Source: a virus | Taxonomy: Duplodnaviria; Caudoviricetes | Reading direction: 5' to 3' (one strand) | IMG/VR virus record: IMGVR_UViG_3300010429_002123 | Length of the DNA: 64,000 nucleotides | In this document: one piece after another, positions 18,705-28,519 of the stretch | How positions within the stretch are numbered: position 1 is the first letter of the stretch | Layout: each line of letters starts with the position of its first letter | Program-made: the position numbers and the translations under genes | The notes under the pieces: model-generated | What the model was told of the DNA's origin: nothing | The model's database searches: none | What the model saw: the letters and a program-made list of their open reading frames with translations, nothing else

Positions 18705-19403
18705 ATGATTGCACCGGAAAGAACAGAATATGAAACCGGAGATATTTTAAAACATCCTGCAGAAACAGACAGTATAATTATTATTCTTTATAGTGATAAT
18801 TGGAACAATATGCAAAATTATGATTACTCAAAGGTGATAAAGTATAATTTTACAACTGGAGTAAAAGAGGTTATGCTTTATTTTTCTATGACGGAGTTTC
18901 AGCCTCACGCCCTTCGATATTATAATGGTAAACTTTATATATTAGGAATTGATTACGTGGTAGAGGGCGGTAATAGTTCTCTTCGCATTTATGATTTTGA
19001 ATCCCTTGTATTACTTGAAAATATTAACTTGACGGCTTCTTTCCATTTCGGAATGTGGTCATGGAGTTTAGCCGTAGAAAATGATGATACTTTTTATGTT
19101 CTTATAAATTGTACCTACGATGAGTGGGAGCATAGGACATTCGTACAAAAAGTGGAACGTGTGGGAGGAGGGTGGGAGCACACTCTCGGGTTTGCTGTTG
19201 AGGGAGAAGACTTCGCAGCTTTCAATGTATCGTTTGTAGAAGCGGGAAGAGACGGTTATGTGTATGTTTCTCTTGGAGGAAACCTCTTTACTTATGGACA
19301 GATAGCTATGTTTGATTCTGTAACAGGAGAAAGAAAAGGTTATTTGTACGGAGACCCGACCTGGGATACGTGGCCACAACACTTATTATTTACAGACTTT
19401 TAA
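18705..19403 (+). CDS. Cassette 2: beta-propeller-like protein
   Basis: Paralogue of 16866..17555. Confidence 0.65.
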   Translation: MIAPERTEYETGDILKHPAETDSIIIILYSDNWNNMQNYDYSKVIKYNFTTGVKEVMLYFSMTEFQPHALRYYNGKLYILGIDYVVEGGNSSLRIYDFESLVLLENINLTASFHFGMWSWSLAVENDDTFYVLINCTYDEWEHRTFVQKVERVGGGWEHTLGFAVEGEDFAAFNVSFVEAGRDGYVYVSLGGNLFTYGQIAMFDSVTGERKGYLYGDPTWDTWPQHLLFTDF

Positions 19404-19418
19404 CGGAGGACATTAAAA

Positions 19419-20045
19419 ATGGAACTTAATAAGATACTTAATAAAGATAGTTTTAAGGTTATGGGAGAACTCAATCCAGGGTCTGTGGGAACTATAATAG
19501 CTGACCCGGATTTCTGGGCAGATACCGGAAAGCTCGCTGTGTTTTTCAATCTGTCTAAGAAAGTGTTGCATGATGAAGGTTGCTTACTCCTGTGGACACC
19601 TCTCTGTTACGTAGACAGAGGGTTTCGTTTTTGCCAGCAGTATTTTTTCGTAGAAACTATGATTTTTGTTGAAAATCTGATTCATCCAGGCGGTAAAATT
19701 CTTGTAGATAAAAACTTTGTGATTTTGAAACTGGTAAAAAAAGAAATAGCTGTAGGAACTTACGGGGAAAATGTATTACTGAATGTATTCGTAAGTCCTC
19801 GTTATATAAGTATAAAAGCAGAAGACAAGTGTCTTGGGTATTTCTTGTCTCTTATAGAAAAATATCATGACCCTGAGAAAGGATTTATACTTGACCCTTT
19901 TTCCGGCCTGGGTTCTACAGCAACGGCTTCTTCCCTTCTTAAGAAGGATTACTTGGCTGTGGAAATAGATAGAGAACGTTATGAAAGGTCCTTAGAGTTT
20001 ATGAACTCCGTTTTAAAAGGTAATTGTGGGATTCAATATGTCTGA
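19419..20045 (+). CDS. DNA N4/N6-methyltransferase-like protein, paralogue 2 (DPDF)
   Basis: SVGTIIADPDFW; ILDPFSGLGST; shares LLWTPLCY and AEDKCLG with 17561. Confidence 0.75.
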   Translation: MELNKILNKDSFKVMGELNPGSVGTIIADPDFWADTGKLAVFFNLSKKVLHDEGCLLLWTPLCYVDRGFRFCQQYFFVETMIFVENLIHPGGKILVDKNFVILKLVKKEIAVGTYGENVLLNVFVSPRYISIKAEDKCLGYFLSLIEKYHDPEKGFILDPFSGLGSTATASSLLKKDYLAVEIDRERYERSLEFMNSVLKGNCGIQYV

Positions 20046-21252
20046 AGAAAATCAAGTAGCAATAACAAATAAGTTAATTATAGAGCAGGCTTATGGGAGG
20101 ACAGACTCAAAACCGGGAATAGTGATAGTTGTTAAACCGGGTAATAAATATGACCTTCAGATTTCCGGTATAACAGCTATTGTTCCCGAAGTACCCAGTG
20201 TTTACCCAAACTATGTCTTTAAAGTGGGGGACGCTGTAATTGTAGAGTGCCCCCTCGGAAGTGAGCACATGAGACAAATAGTAGCACCTTCTACTTTTGC
20301 TATACCAGAAGAAAGTATCTATGAGTTCTCAACGAAACCGAAGGAGAGACCAAAAGCCGGAGTTTCTATAGTAATTAGAAGCGGTTATAATTTTTATATT
20401 CATACGCTTGACCTTGAAGAGGGAGTTCCTCCTGTAGTGTATGATACCCCCGGAGTGGGTGATATGTGTATAGATACCCTCGGACACTGTCTTATACCTG
20501 ATTGGAATCAGTTATACAGGTATACAATAGAGACCGGGTTAACAGACAGTATAGAACTTGATGAAGGATATTTTTCCTCCTGTTGTATGAACAAGGCTAA
20601 CAATAATATGTATTTTCATAACGACCATTACTGGATGTATGGTTCAATTTTCAGAGTGACTCCAGAAATGTCCGTTCTCACTTTTATTTCGTCCCTTACT
20701 GTTCCTTTGGACAGTATTCAGTTCATAGCCTCTGATGGTACCTATACCTATGTATTCGGGTATGTGTGGATTTCAGAGCCCTATACCAGTTATTATAAAA
20801 ACATTATACAGGTGTATAACTATGATGGGACTTTTCATTCCTCATATTTCTGGCTGGAGGGAGAACCTTCATTTAATACAATGAAGATTTTTGGGGGAGA
20901 ACCCGGAGAAGTTTATAATATATTTTATAGTGACCAGACGTGGGAAGGTGCTAACTATACTATTCAAAAGTATTTAGTGTCCGATTTTTCAGAACCTGTG
21001 TTGTCTTTCAGTCTTGGCCATATGCACGTAGTACAGGACGTTGTCTATTATGATAATAACATATACGTGATAGAAGATTATGCAGAGGGAGATTGTGTTC
21101 CCCACGTATGGAAACTGGCTAAGTATTCTGCCAGTGGTTCTTTAATAAAAAGAGTAGACTTATCTGAGTTAAACGAGTGGAATAGTGCTGTTTTCATAGA
21201 TTACACGAATAAAACATTTATAGAGGACGGTGGGGGAGGAGGCATACCTTAA
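20038..21252 (+). CDS. Cassette 3: conserved N-domain fused to a full beta-propeller-like domain
   Basis: MSEENQVAI...KPKERP followed by about 300 aa of aromatic beta repeats (IQVYNYDG, KYSASG). Confidence 0.65.
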   Translation: MSEENQVAITNKLIIEQAYGRTDSKPGIVIVVKPGNKYDLQISGITAIVPEVPSVYPNYVFKVGDAVIVECPLGSEHMRQIVAPSTFAIPEESIYEFSTKPKERPKAGVSIVIRSGYNFYIHTLDLEEGVPPVVYDTPGVGDMCIDTLGHCLIPDWNQLYRYTIETGLTDSIELDEGYFSSCCMNKANNNMYFHNDHYWMYGSIFRVTPEMSVLTFISSLTVPLDSIQFIASDGTYTYVFGYVWISEPYTSYYKNIIQVYNYDGTFHSSYFWLEGEPSFNTMKIFGGEPGEVYNIFYSDQTWEGANYTIQKYLVSDFSEPVLSFSLGHMHVVQDVVYYDNNIYVIEDYAEGDCVPHVWKLAKYSASGSLIKRVDLSELNEWNSAVFIDYTNKTFIEDGGGGGIP

Positions 21253-22077
21253 ATGGGGTTATCAAGAGAGTTTACTGAGTTAATAACAAAAAATAAAGTT
21301 CTTTATGCCTGCAGAGACTGTGGGTGTTGCTACGGTCTTTTAACACGGGGAAAGGTTTTGAAAGAGGTCTTTCCCGAACTTGTTTTAAGAACCTTTAAAG
21401 AGCACACTTTTCAGATAGAACAAATTCTCGGAGATGAAGCTAAAGACATAGAGGTAATTATTCATGACTTTTTAATAAATAGGGCGTTATTTTTATATGG
21501 ACTAAAAAGAGGGTTGCCTCAGTATTTTCTTACCATGACCAATCAAGAAGTCTTTTCCGGGATAAAAAAAGTTATACTTCCTTACCCGGAAGAGGTGTCA
21601 CCTGAATATACTAAAATAAAGCAAGAAAAAATGTTCGCCGGTTTGATATGTGACGATGTGGTAGAGGAAGCAAACATAACGAAGATAAAAGAAAAATATA
21701 ATCTCTCTAATCTGACTGACAAACCCCTCCTGGTAGTAACAGTCAGCTCGGGATTTCCTAGACAGGCCGAAGGGGTGTTTTCCTACGTAAACGAAGAGTT
21801 CTCTACGGAGGACTATCAAATTGTTTTTATATACGGGAAAAATTATTCGGGAAAGCTCTTTGATAATGTAATTACCACTTACTATGAAGAAAATATTATA
21901 GAGTTGTTTTCCCTGGCACATACAGTAGTGTGTATGGGAGGTTATAACACTCTCGCAGAGTGTGTTTCCCTTAAAGTTCCAAGAATAATAATAATTCCAA
22001 AGGCTAATTGTTATGCGGACGAAGAATCGGATAAGTTTGCCCGATATTACTCGGGAATAACCATAAAAACTTTATAA
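21253..22077 (+). CDS. GT-B fold glycosyltransferase (GT28 C-terminal-like)
   Basis: LVVTVSSG...ELFSLAHTVVCMGGYNTLAEC...IIIP nucleotide-sugar binding signature. Confidence 0.7.
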   Translation: MGLSREFTELITKNKVLYACRDCGCCYGLLTRGKVLKEVFPELVLRTFKEHTFQIEQILGDEAKDIEVIIHDFLINRALFLYGLKRGLPQYFLTMTNQEVFSGIKKVILPYPEEVSPEYTKIKQEKMFAGLICDDVVEEANITKIKEKYNLSNLTDKPLLVVTVSSGFPRQAEGVFSYVNEEFSTEDYQIVFIYGKNYSGKLFDNVITTYYEENIIELFSLAHTVVCMGGYNTLAECVSLKVPRIIIIPKANCYADEESDKFARYYSGITIKTL

Positions 22078-22095
22078 ATTTAAGGAGGTAGTTTA

Positions 22096-23208
22096 ATGTC
22101 AAACGAACAGGACGTAAATGTCCATATTCCCCAGGAGGTAATTAACAAACTGAATGACGAGAAGTTTGTAGACAGACTTTTGTCTCACGAGGAGAAAAGC
22201 AAGGAGTTCAAGTTAATATGGTGGAACAGTGTTATCATCCCCGTAGTGCTGGCTCTAATCTCTTTTGCAGGAATAGGGCTTGGTTTATGGTCTTCTCACA
22301 AAACTACTCTACTCAGTAAAGAAGTGCAGAGAATCGAAAGAAATTCTGACGTTGTGAAAACCATAACCACCACTATTATGAACTCTTCAAGTAAGTTGTC
22401 CGGTAAGGACGAGAACGTAGCACTATTACACTATATAGCTTTGTATGAGATGGTTGGGGGTCTGTGCTCTTCAGACAGCACCTCTGACGGCCAGAAAAAA
22501 CACCTGATGTCGAGCGTGATAAGAATGGGAGCAGTAATTGACAAAAAAGGTATATGGGAGTATTTACTCGAAAAGTCAAACACAGACAGGGGAAACTTCT
22601 CTTACGAGGACATTGAGTTTATAAAAACCTACGCAGAAAAGCACTTAACGGACGAAATGAAAGGGAAAAACGAAGAAAAATTTAACACGGCTATAAAAGT
22701 CGCTGAAAAAACTAACCCCATGATAAAATTTATTCAGGAAAATCCCGTCACGAGTGTTAAAGAAGAAGCCTTTCGAACAGGCTGGATTTATATAGGTCCC
22801 ATTGACACAACAAGTCCTATTTACAAAACTTTACCTGAGGAAGACGCTGAATTAACCAGCAAATTACAGGGAAGGAAAGACCTGCCTCTTGAGGCGGAGA
22901 GAAAGACCATTGACAGTAAGTATTCGCCAACTAAAGGGGAAAAAGTAAAAGCTATAACCGACATTTATTTCAGGTCTTCAGAGCCTATTCAGGCGGGAAA
23001 AAGCAGAGTACTTGGTCCCGTGGTATTTCCTGTGGTAAAAACCGGAGAAGTTGGGGAGGTGTTAGAGACTCGTTACTATAAGTTGAGTAAAGAGCGGGGA
23101 GGGTTATTGGTTGTGTGGAGTAAGGTAACTTTGAAGGTTTCAAAAACCCCACCCCCGTCTGAAGGTAAGTTTCTTCAGCCTCTAAAAGATAAATCTGTAA
23201 CAAAATGA
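22096..23208 (+). CDS. Hypothetical membrane-anchored protein
   Basis: Single TM segment (VIIPVVLALISFAGIGLGLW); strong RBS. Confidence 0.6.
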   Translation: MSNEQDVNVHIPQEVINKLNDEKFVDRLLSHEEKSKEFKLIWWNSVIIPVVLALISFAGIGLGLWSSHKTTLLSKEVQRIERNSDVVKTITTTIMNSSSKLSGKDENVALLHYIALYEMVGGLCSSDSTSDGQKKHLMSSVIRMGAVIDKKGIWEYLLEKSNTDRGNFSYEDIEFIKTYAEKHLTDEMKGKNEEKFNTAIKVAEKTNPMIKFIQENPVTSVKEEAFRTGWIYIGPIDTTSPIYKTLPEEDAELTSKLQGRKDLPLEAERKTIDSKYSPTKGEKVKAITDIYFRSSEPIQAGKSRVLGPVVFPVVKTGEVGEVLETRYYKLSKERGGLLVVWSKVTLKVSKTPPPSEGKFLQPLKDKSVTK

Positions 23209-23295
23209 GACAACCAGAAACATAAAAAAATAAAATATAACATTTAGGGTTATAAATAGAGAGGAAAAATGTTATAATAGGATAGGAGATGAGCC

Positions 23296-23655
23296 ATGTT
23301 TGCAGGAGTAGATGAACCAGCAGTCTTAAACTTAAAAATGACACAGGGTGCCTGTTGGAATAAGGTTATAATACTAAAAGATAATCTGGGTGTTCCACTT
23401 GACCTGACAGGTTGTGAAGCTAAAATGCAGATTCGACCATCAGTCACCGATTCAACTGTGCTTTTAGAACTCTCCACAGCTAATGGACGCATAACTATCG
23501 TAGGAACTGAGGGAAAACTTTTTCTTGCTGTGGGACACATTTACACTGCTCTTCTGTCAGACGACGCGGTGTATGACCTGGACATAATGATTGGCACGTG
23601 TGTTTACACAATTTTAAGAGGTCAGATACTTCTAATTCTTCAAGTTACAAGGTAA
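23296..23655 (+). CDS. Baseplate/fibre adaptor-like protein (BppU-like Ig fold)
   Basis: QGA.W......D..G.P.DLTG..AKMQIR...YDL......IL.G motif typical of phage fibre-anchoring proteins. Confidence 0.65.
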   Translation: MFAGVDEPAVLNLKMTQGACWNKVIILKDNLGVPLDLTGCEAKMQIRPSVTDSTVLLELSTANGRITIVGTEGKLFLAVGHIYTALLSDDAVYDLDIMIGTCVYTILRGQILLILQVTR

Positions 23656-23669
23656 GGAGAGAGAATTCA

Positions 23670-24236
23670 ATGTCTACTGTACAAGTTGAAAAAAATGTGT
23701 TTCAAGTAGAGGTACAGGAAAACACCATAATTCTTCAAACTACCAACCCTGTAGATGCCCTTACGCTAAAAGGTATAGGTATAAGCGTAAACATGGAAAC
23801 AATCTCTGACGGGGATGCTCTGGTTTACTCAGAGGCTGATAACAAGTGGGTTGCCCAACCTATAGACTCTTCTACAGCTATAAAAATGGGAAGAAGTGTC
23901 CCTGCAGGTACCGCTCCTATAAGCGGACACAGGGCTGTGATGCAGGAAGACGGGGCTCTCTCTTACGCTTCGAGTGACAACCTGGCTCATTTATATAGGG
24001 TAATGGGAATTACTACACAGGCAGCCCTTTCTGGAGACCCGGCGTTTGTCTGTATATCTGGTGAGATAATAGAGCCTTCCTGGAACTGGGAGGTGGGAAA
24101 GGCAGTATTACTGGGCTTGAACGGAACTCTAGTCCAAACACTTCCCCCCGAAGCAAAGTTTGTTATGCAGTTAGGAATTCCGTTATCGCCTATAAAGTTA
24201 CAGGTAGAGAAAAAAATGCCTATCATATTAGCGTAG
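23670..24236 (+). CDS. Virion structural protein (capsid-cement/fibre-like)
   Basis: ISGHRAV...GITTQAA...GEI.EPSWNW..G..V.LG.NG.L.QT.P; RBS aaggag. Confidence 0.6.
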   Translation: MSTVQVEKNVFQVEVQENTIILQTTNPVDALTLKGIGISVNMETISDGDALVYSEADNKWVAQPIDSSTAIKMGRSVPAGTAPISGHRAVMQEDGALSYASSDNLAHLYRVMGITTQAALSGDPAFVCISGEIIEPSWNWEVGKAVLLGLNGTLVQTLPPEAKFVMQLGIPLSPIKLQVEKKMPIILA

Positions 24237-24266
24237 GCCAATTTATTATAAAAGGAGAGTACAATT

Positions 24267-24797
24267 ATGGCAATAAAAAGATATTTAGCTCTTGATTCGA
24301 GCAATGACATGACTGAACAGATTCCCATCACAACTTCGACTGGTCCCTCAGACGGTGGGAAAGTTGTAGCCACCCTGGAATCCACCGGAAGATTTGACCT
24401 TACTGTTATGCCAGCAGAAATCGCCCCGGAAGTTGTAGATGCCGTTGCTTCTGAAGCACTCGCAGCAGGAGACTTTGTTAACCTCTGGAGTGATGCGGGT
24501 GTGCTGAGTGCCAGAAAAGCAGATGCCTCCGGCGGAGTAGGCAAAAAAGCAGACGGTTACACATTGGACGCCGTATTAGACGAGGGCACCGCAAGAGTTT
24601 ATAAAAATGGTATAAACGACCAGAGAAGTGGTCTCACTGTAGGGGTTGAATACTATCTTTCTAACACAGTTCCTGGCGGACTTCTCGCAAAAGGTTCTGC
24701 TCCTACTACAGCAACGCACATTCTTCAAAGAATAGGTATTGCTAAGTCAGCAACAGAAATTTTTGTAGAAATAGAAAACCCCATTATAAGAGCATAA
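24267..24797 (+). CDS. Virion structural protein (capsid-cement/fibre-like)
   Basis: ASEALAAGDFVNLW...ARKADA...ADGY...GLTVG..YYLS...Q.IGIA. Confidence 0.6.
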   Translation: MAIKRYLALDSSNDMTEQIPITTSTGPSDGGKVVATLESTGRFDLTVMPAEIAPEVVDAVASEALAAGDFVNLWSDAGVLSARKADASGGVGKKADGYTLDAVLDEGTARVYKNGINDQRSGLTVGVEYYLSNTVPGGLLAKGSAPTTATHILQRIGIAKSATEIFVEIENPIIRA

Positions 24798-24841
24798 GTG
24801 CCTTATGATTACCATGTGTAACAGAAGAAGGAGCTAGGATT

Positions 24842-25114
24842 ATGGCTGAAAAAGTTTTGCAGTTAAATACTAATAATGACTACCAGGAAGTAATCCTATC
24901 TCCCTCTTCTGTTGACCTGGGAAACGTAACAAACGATGCCCAGATAGCAAAAAGTACAGTAACAACTAAAGGAGATTTGTTAGTGGCAACGAGCAATGCA
25001 ACACTTACAAGAAAAGCTGTTGGGAAAGATAGCTATCAGTTAATGGCCGATAGCAGTAAGACAGAGGGTATTGAGTGGAAGTATAGACCCCACCCTTTTC
25101 TTTTTGTCTCTTAA
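24842..25114 (+). CDS. Short fibre-module protein
   Basis: TTKGDLLVAT...ADSSKTEGIEWK module shared with the ORFs at 35839-40540. Confidence 0.6.
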   Translation: MAEKVLQLNTNNDYQEVILSPSSVDLGNVTNDAQIAKSTVTTKGDLLVATSNATLTRKAVGKDSYQLMADSSKTEGIEWKYRPHPFLFVS

Positions 25115-25129
25115 TAAGGGGAAATAACT

Positions 25130-25465
25130 ATGTCGATGAAATTATTAGATGCAGTTGATATAGATGGTACTGTAAAAGCGATAAGTACCAATCATACTTT
25201 TTATACAGTACCTTCCGGGAAACAAACAGTTGTATCCGTGATAGAAGTGTGTAATAGAACCACTTCAGCAATAAGAGTGAGACTCGCTCATGTGCAGAGT
25301 GGGCAGACTCTTGCGAACAAAAACTATATATTATATGATTATTCAGTACCAGCAAGAGGATTTGTTGAAGTCACAGCAAGAGCTATGGCAACGGGAGACT
25401 TTTTGGTTGCTTACTCACCAGCCACCGGAGTTAATTTTATAGCGTGGGGAGATGAAATAGAGTGA
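25130..25465 (+). CDS. Small beta-sandwich fibre-associated protein
   Basis: YTVPSG..TVVS.I.VCN........RLA......ILYD..VPA...FIAWG.E pattern seen beside phage fibres. Confidence 0.6.
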   Translation: MSMKLLDAVDIDGTVKAISTNHTFYTVPSGKQTVVSVIEVCNRTTSAIRVRLAHVQSGQTLANKNYILYDYSVPARGFVEVTARAMATGDFLVAYSPATGVNFIAWGDEIE

Positions 25466-27201
25466 AAACTGGAGGGGACGGGATAACTGATGTTCAGAGC
25501 GGAGGGGAAGTTGCCGGGGCAAACAGAGCTATAGGTAACTTAGATGGATATTCTTTTTCCCTCATGTCAAATGGGATAAACGTTTTGACAGTCAACTCTG
25601 ACGGAACTATCTCAGTAGCCGGAAACGTTGACGGGAGAGATATTTCTACTGACGGCAGTAACCTTGATAGTCATAGAACAAACACAGGTAACCCCCACAG
25701 CGTCACGAAATCACAGGTAGGACTTGCGAACGTAACAAACAATGCACAAATGATACGAGGAGGAAACGACTTTTCCTCTTTTAACAGCAAGGCAAGCCTG
25801 GTTTCTTCAGATTATATTCTGGTGGAAGATAGTGCAGACAGCTTTAATAAAAAACGAATCACTCTCTCGGCTGTAAGTCACTCTCTCCTTTCCGGTATTG
25901 GTTCAAACTCCCACAGTCAGCTAGACTCTCACGTAGGGAGCACGAGTAATCCCCACTCTGTAACAAAAACCCAGGTTGGTCTCGGTAATGTTCCAAACCT
26001 GGACTGTTCCAATGCGGATAATATAGAAGACGGTGTGAATAAAATGATACCTTCCCACGAGCAGGGACAGACGTGGGCACAGCATGTATTAAACACATCT
26101 AATCCACATTCGACTACGAAAAGTCAAGTAGGGCTCGGAAACGTAGACAACTTACAGCAGATACCCCTTACACAAAAGGGGGCTGTTAGCGGGGTGTGTG
26201 AGCTAGACTCCAGTGGAAAAGTTCCTTCCAGCAGGCTCAGTGTTTCTGCCCTGACTTATAAAGGTGGGTGGAATGTGAGCACAAATACCCCCGCCTTGAG
26301 CAGTAGCGGAGGGGGAGGAATCGCTGGGGACTATTATGTGGTAAGTGTGGCGGGAACAAGACTTATAGATGGTAACTCTGACTGGCAAATAAAAGACTGG
26401 ATTATGCACAACGGTTCTACATGGGACAAAATAGATAATACAGATTCAGTAACTTCAGTAGCCGGAAGGCAGGGAGCAGTAGTATTAACGAAAAGCGACG
26501 TTGGTTTAAGTAACGTTCCCAACACAGACTGTTCAAACGCTGATAATATTTCAGACGGAATAACGAAGTGTATCCCGACAGTAGCACAAAGGACAGCATG
26601 GAATAATCACGTATCAAGCACGAGTAACCCCCATAACGTAACTAAAACACAGATAGGTTTAGGAAATGTAGAAAATAAATTATCAAATTTTTCAGCCACA
26701 ACAGCACCCTCTGCAACAGATGATGGTGGTGACGGTTATTCAATAGGAAGTTTCTGGGTAAATCTTATTACGCAAAAGGTTTATGTCTGTGTAGACGCCA
26801 CTATTTCAAATGCGAAATGGTCACAGATAACTGAAGATGTATTATACGACCCTGTGTATAGTAGACCTTACTATTTTGGGACAAGTTCAACTACAAATGC
26901 TTATCTTGTGGGTGCAGGTGTTCAGCAAAGTAGAGGCTATGCTCTGTATTATTATATGTGGAAAGCAGGAATATTATCTGATATTGCTGTTAGGTGCGAA
27001 GCTACGTTAACAAATCACATCATTCAAGTAAGACTAAATGGTGCGACTGTAAGCAGTCACTCTATGACCAATGCAACAAATCAGTATTACTCCGCTATGA
27101 ATGTAGCAGTTACTGTAGGACAGAGACTCTCCGTCTACATATCAGGAACTTCCAGTGTAAATGAAACTGTAGAAATATTTTTTAAAGCTCTTAGAAGTTA
27201 G
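25462..27201 (+). CDS. Tail fibre protein with His-containing repeats
   Basis: Four H..[NS]T.NPH..TK.Q.GL.NV repeats; YKGGWN...GDYYVVS and VTSVAGRQGAVVL fibre motifs. Confidence 0.85.
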   Translation: MKTGGDGITDVQSGGEVAGANRAIGNLDGYSFSLMSNGINVLTVNSDGTISVAGNVDGRDISTDGSNLDSHRTNTGNPHSVTKSQVGLANVTNNAQMIRGGNDFSSFNSKASLVSSDYILVEDSADSFNKKRITLSAVSHSLLSGIGSNSHSQLDSHVGSTSNPHSVTKTQVGLGNVPNLDCSNADNIEDGVNKMIPSHEQGQTWAQHVLNTSNPHSTTKSQVGLGNVDNLQQIPLTQKGAVSGVCELDSSGKVPSSRLSVSALTYKGGWNVSTNTPALSSSGGGGIAGDYYVVSVAGTRLIDGNSDWQIKDWIMHNGSTWDKIDNTDSVTSVAGRQGAVVLTKSDVGLSNVPNTDCSNADNISDGITKCIPTVAQRTAWNNHVSSTSNPHNVTKTQIGLGNVENKLSNFSATTAPSATDDGGDGYSIGSFWVNLITQKVYVCVDATISNAKWSQITEDVLYDPVYSRPYYFGTSSTTNAYLVGAGVQQSRGYALYYYMWKAGILSDIAVRCEATLTNHIIQVRLNGATVSSHSMTNATNQYYSAMNVAVTVGQRLSVYISGTSSVNETVEIFFKALRS

Positions 27202-27212
27202 GAGAACCGACT

Positions 27213-28172
27213 ATGAATTTAGTTGTGAAAAATATCACAGAAAATGAATTGATAAATCTTGTTGACCTGGGGGTAGAATTACAACCCGCCGAAGAGAGAG
27301 ACTTATGTGAACTCTTTACCACAGAGACACTCAGGGTTTCCCGGTCTTTTCAAGACTTTCTTCTCATGGAAAAAATAACTTTGAATGGCTTTTCTGGGAT
27401 GGAAGCTCTCTCTTCCTTATTAGGAGAGGTTCTCCCCTCTTTTGACGGCGTTCCCCTCACGTGGACGGAGTTTAAGGAGTTCATTGTTGGGAAAGAAGAA
27501 GCTATGGCTTTTCTTGATAGAACTGATAAATACTTTATATTCACTTCGGGCTATCCTATTTACTGCTTTATTTTAAAGAACACACCAGAGGCCACAGAGT
27601 TTGAAACGACCTACAAAACCTGGTGCGGGAAGGTAAAAACTGTTCGTTCAGACGGAAGGCTGAGAGTCCACGCTACTACTTGTAGAGAAGACCATCACCC
27701 TCAGTTCGTCGGCGGGGGAGATGGTATTTACAACGGGCAGAGAACCCGTGATATTTGTGACCCTCAACTTCAGTTCAAACTTTTCCCAACGGCTAACCTT
27801 GAGATAGTCAAGGATTGTGTTTTCAAAGATGAAGTCTGGATAAGAGACGGGTTTTTAATGTATGAAAACGCTCCGTGGGGTGCTCGTCTGAACGTAGAGA
27901 TAGTTTATCCTACAGTTTACCCACCCGGACACCCTCTCGAGTTCATGAACGGGATAGTAGTGAGAAGATTTGTAAAAGACGCTCTCATCTATGGCACAAA
28001 CTATCAAGGGTTTGGTTTTGTAACTGACGCCCCGGGAATGATGCCTGCGGGAATGGCTCTGAGAATACGAATTACAAATCCAGCACTTGAGGGTATAAGC
28101 ACATGGAAAGTCTGGGGATACTTAAAAATTCATAGGCTTTATACTTGTGACATAGAAGAACTGCTTGGCTGA
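27213..28172 (+). CDS. Hypothetical protein (possibly structural)
   Basis: 319-aa ORF with RBS, in the fibre cluster. Confidence 0.55.
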   Translation: MNLVVKNITENELINLVDLGVELQPAEERDLCELFTTETLRVSRSFQDFLLMEKITLNGFSGMEALSSLLGEVLPSFDGVPLTWTEFKEFIVGKEEAMAFLDRTDKYFIFTSGYPIYCFILKNTPEATEFETTYKTWCGKVKTVRSDGRLRVHATTCREDHHPQFVGGGDGIYNGQRTRDICDPQLQFKLFPTANLEIVKDCVFKDEVWIRDGFLMYENAPWGARLNVEIVYPTVYPPGHPLEFMNGIVVRRFVKDALIYGTNYQGFGFVTDAPGMMPAGMALRIRITNPALEGISTWKVWGYLKIHRLYTCDIEELLG

Positions 28173-28222
28173 AGCAGTTAGTCAAGAGAAGTTTCTCAAT
28201 TTAAAATACGGGGGGTGATGAG

Positions 28223-28519
28223 ATGAGGTCAATCCCAGCCATAGAAGAAATATTAATAAAAAAATTAGGAATCCAAAATAACACGATAGATACCTTTAGT
28301 ATAGGCGACAGTATAAAGATAGTTTCTTCCGTAATAAATAACGTGGGGTTCAAGGGGGAAGAAGGCGTGATAATAGATATAGTTAGAAGCAAAAACTACC
28401 CCATTGAAATTTCTGTGGGAGACCCCGTGAGTTTTACTTTTTTTGTAAATCCCACAGACATAATAAAAACAGAAAATTACGCCAGATTTGTGAGTAAAGT
28501 AAAGGAGATTCAGAAATGA
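28223..28519 (+). CDS. Hypothetical protein (SH3/KOW-like)
   Basis: FSIGDSIKIV....FKGEEGVIIDI pattern. Confidence 0.45.
   Translation: MRSIPAIEEILIKKLGIQNNTIDTFSIGDSIKIVSSVINNVGFKGEEGVIIDIVRSKNYPIEISVGDPVSFTFFVNPTDIIKTENYARFVSKVKEIQK

Noticed and set aside
17561-20045. Restriction-modification system
   Set aside because: No endonuclease nearby, and the catalytic motif is non-canonical.
16313-21252. Diversity-generating retroelement or invertase shufflon acting on the tail-tip cassettes
   Set aside because: No reverse transcriptase or recombinase in the window, all cassettes are in direct orientation, and no adenine-specific TR/VR pair was seen.
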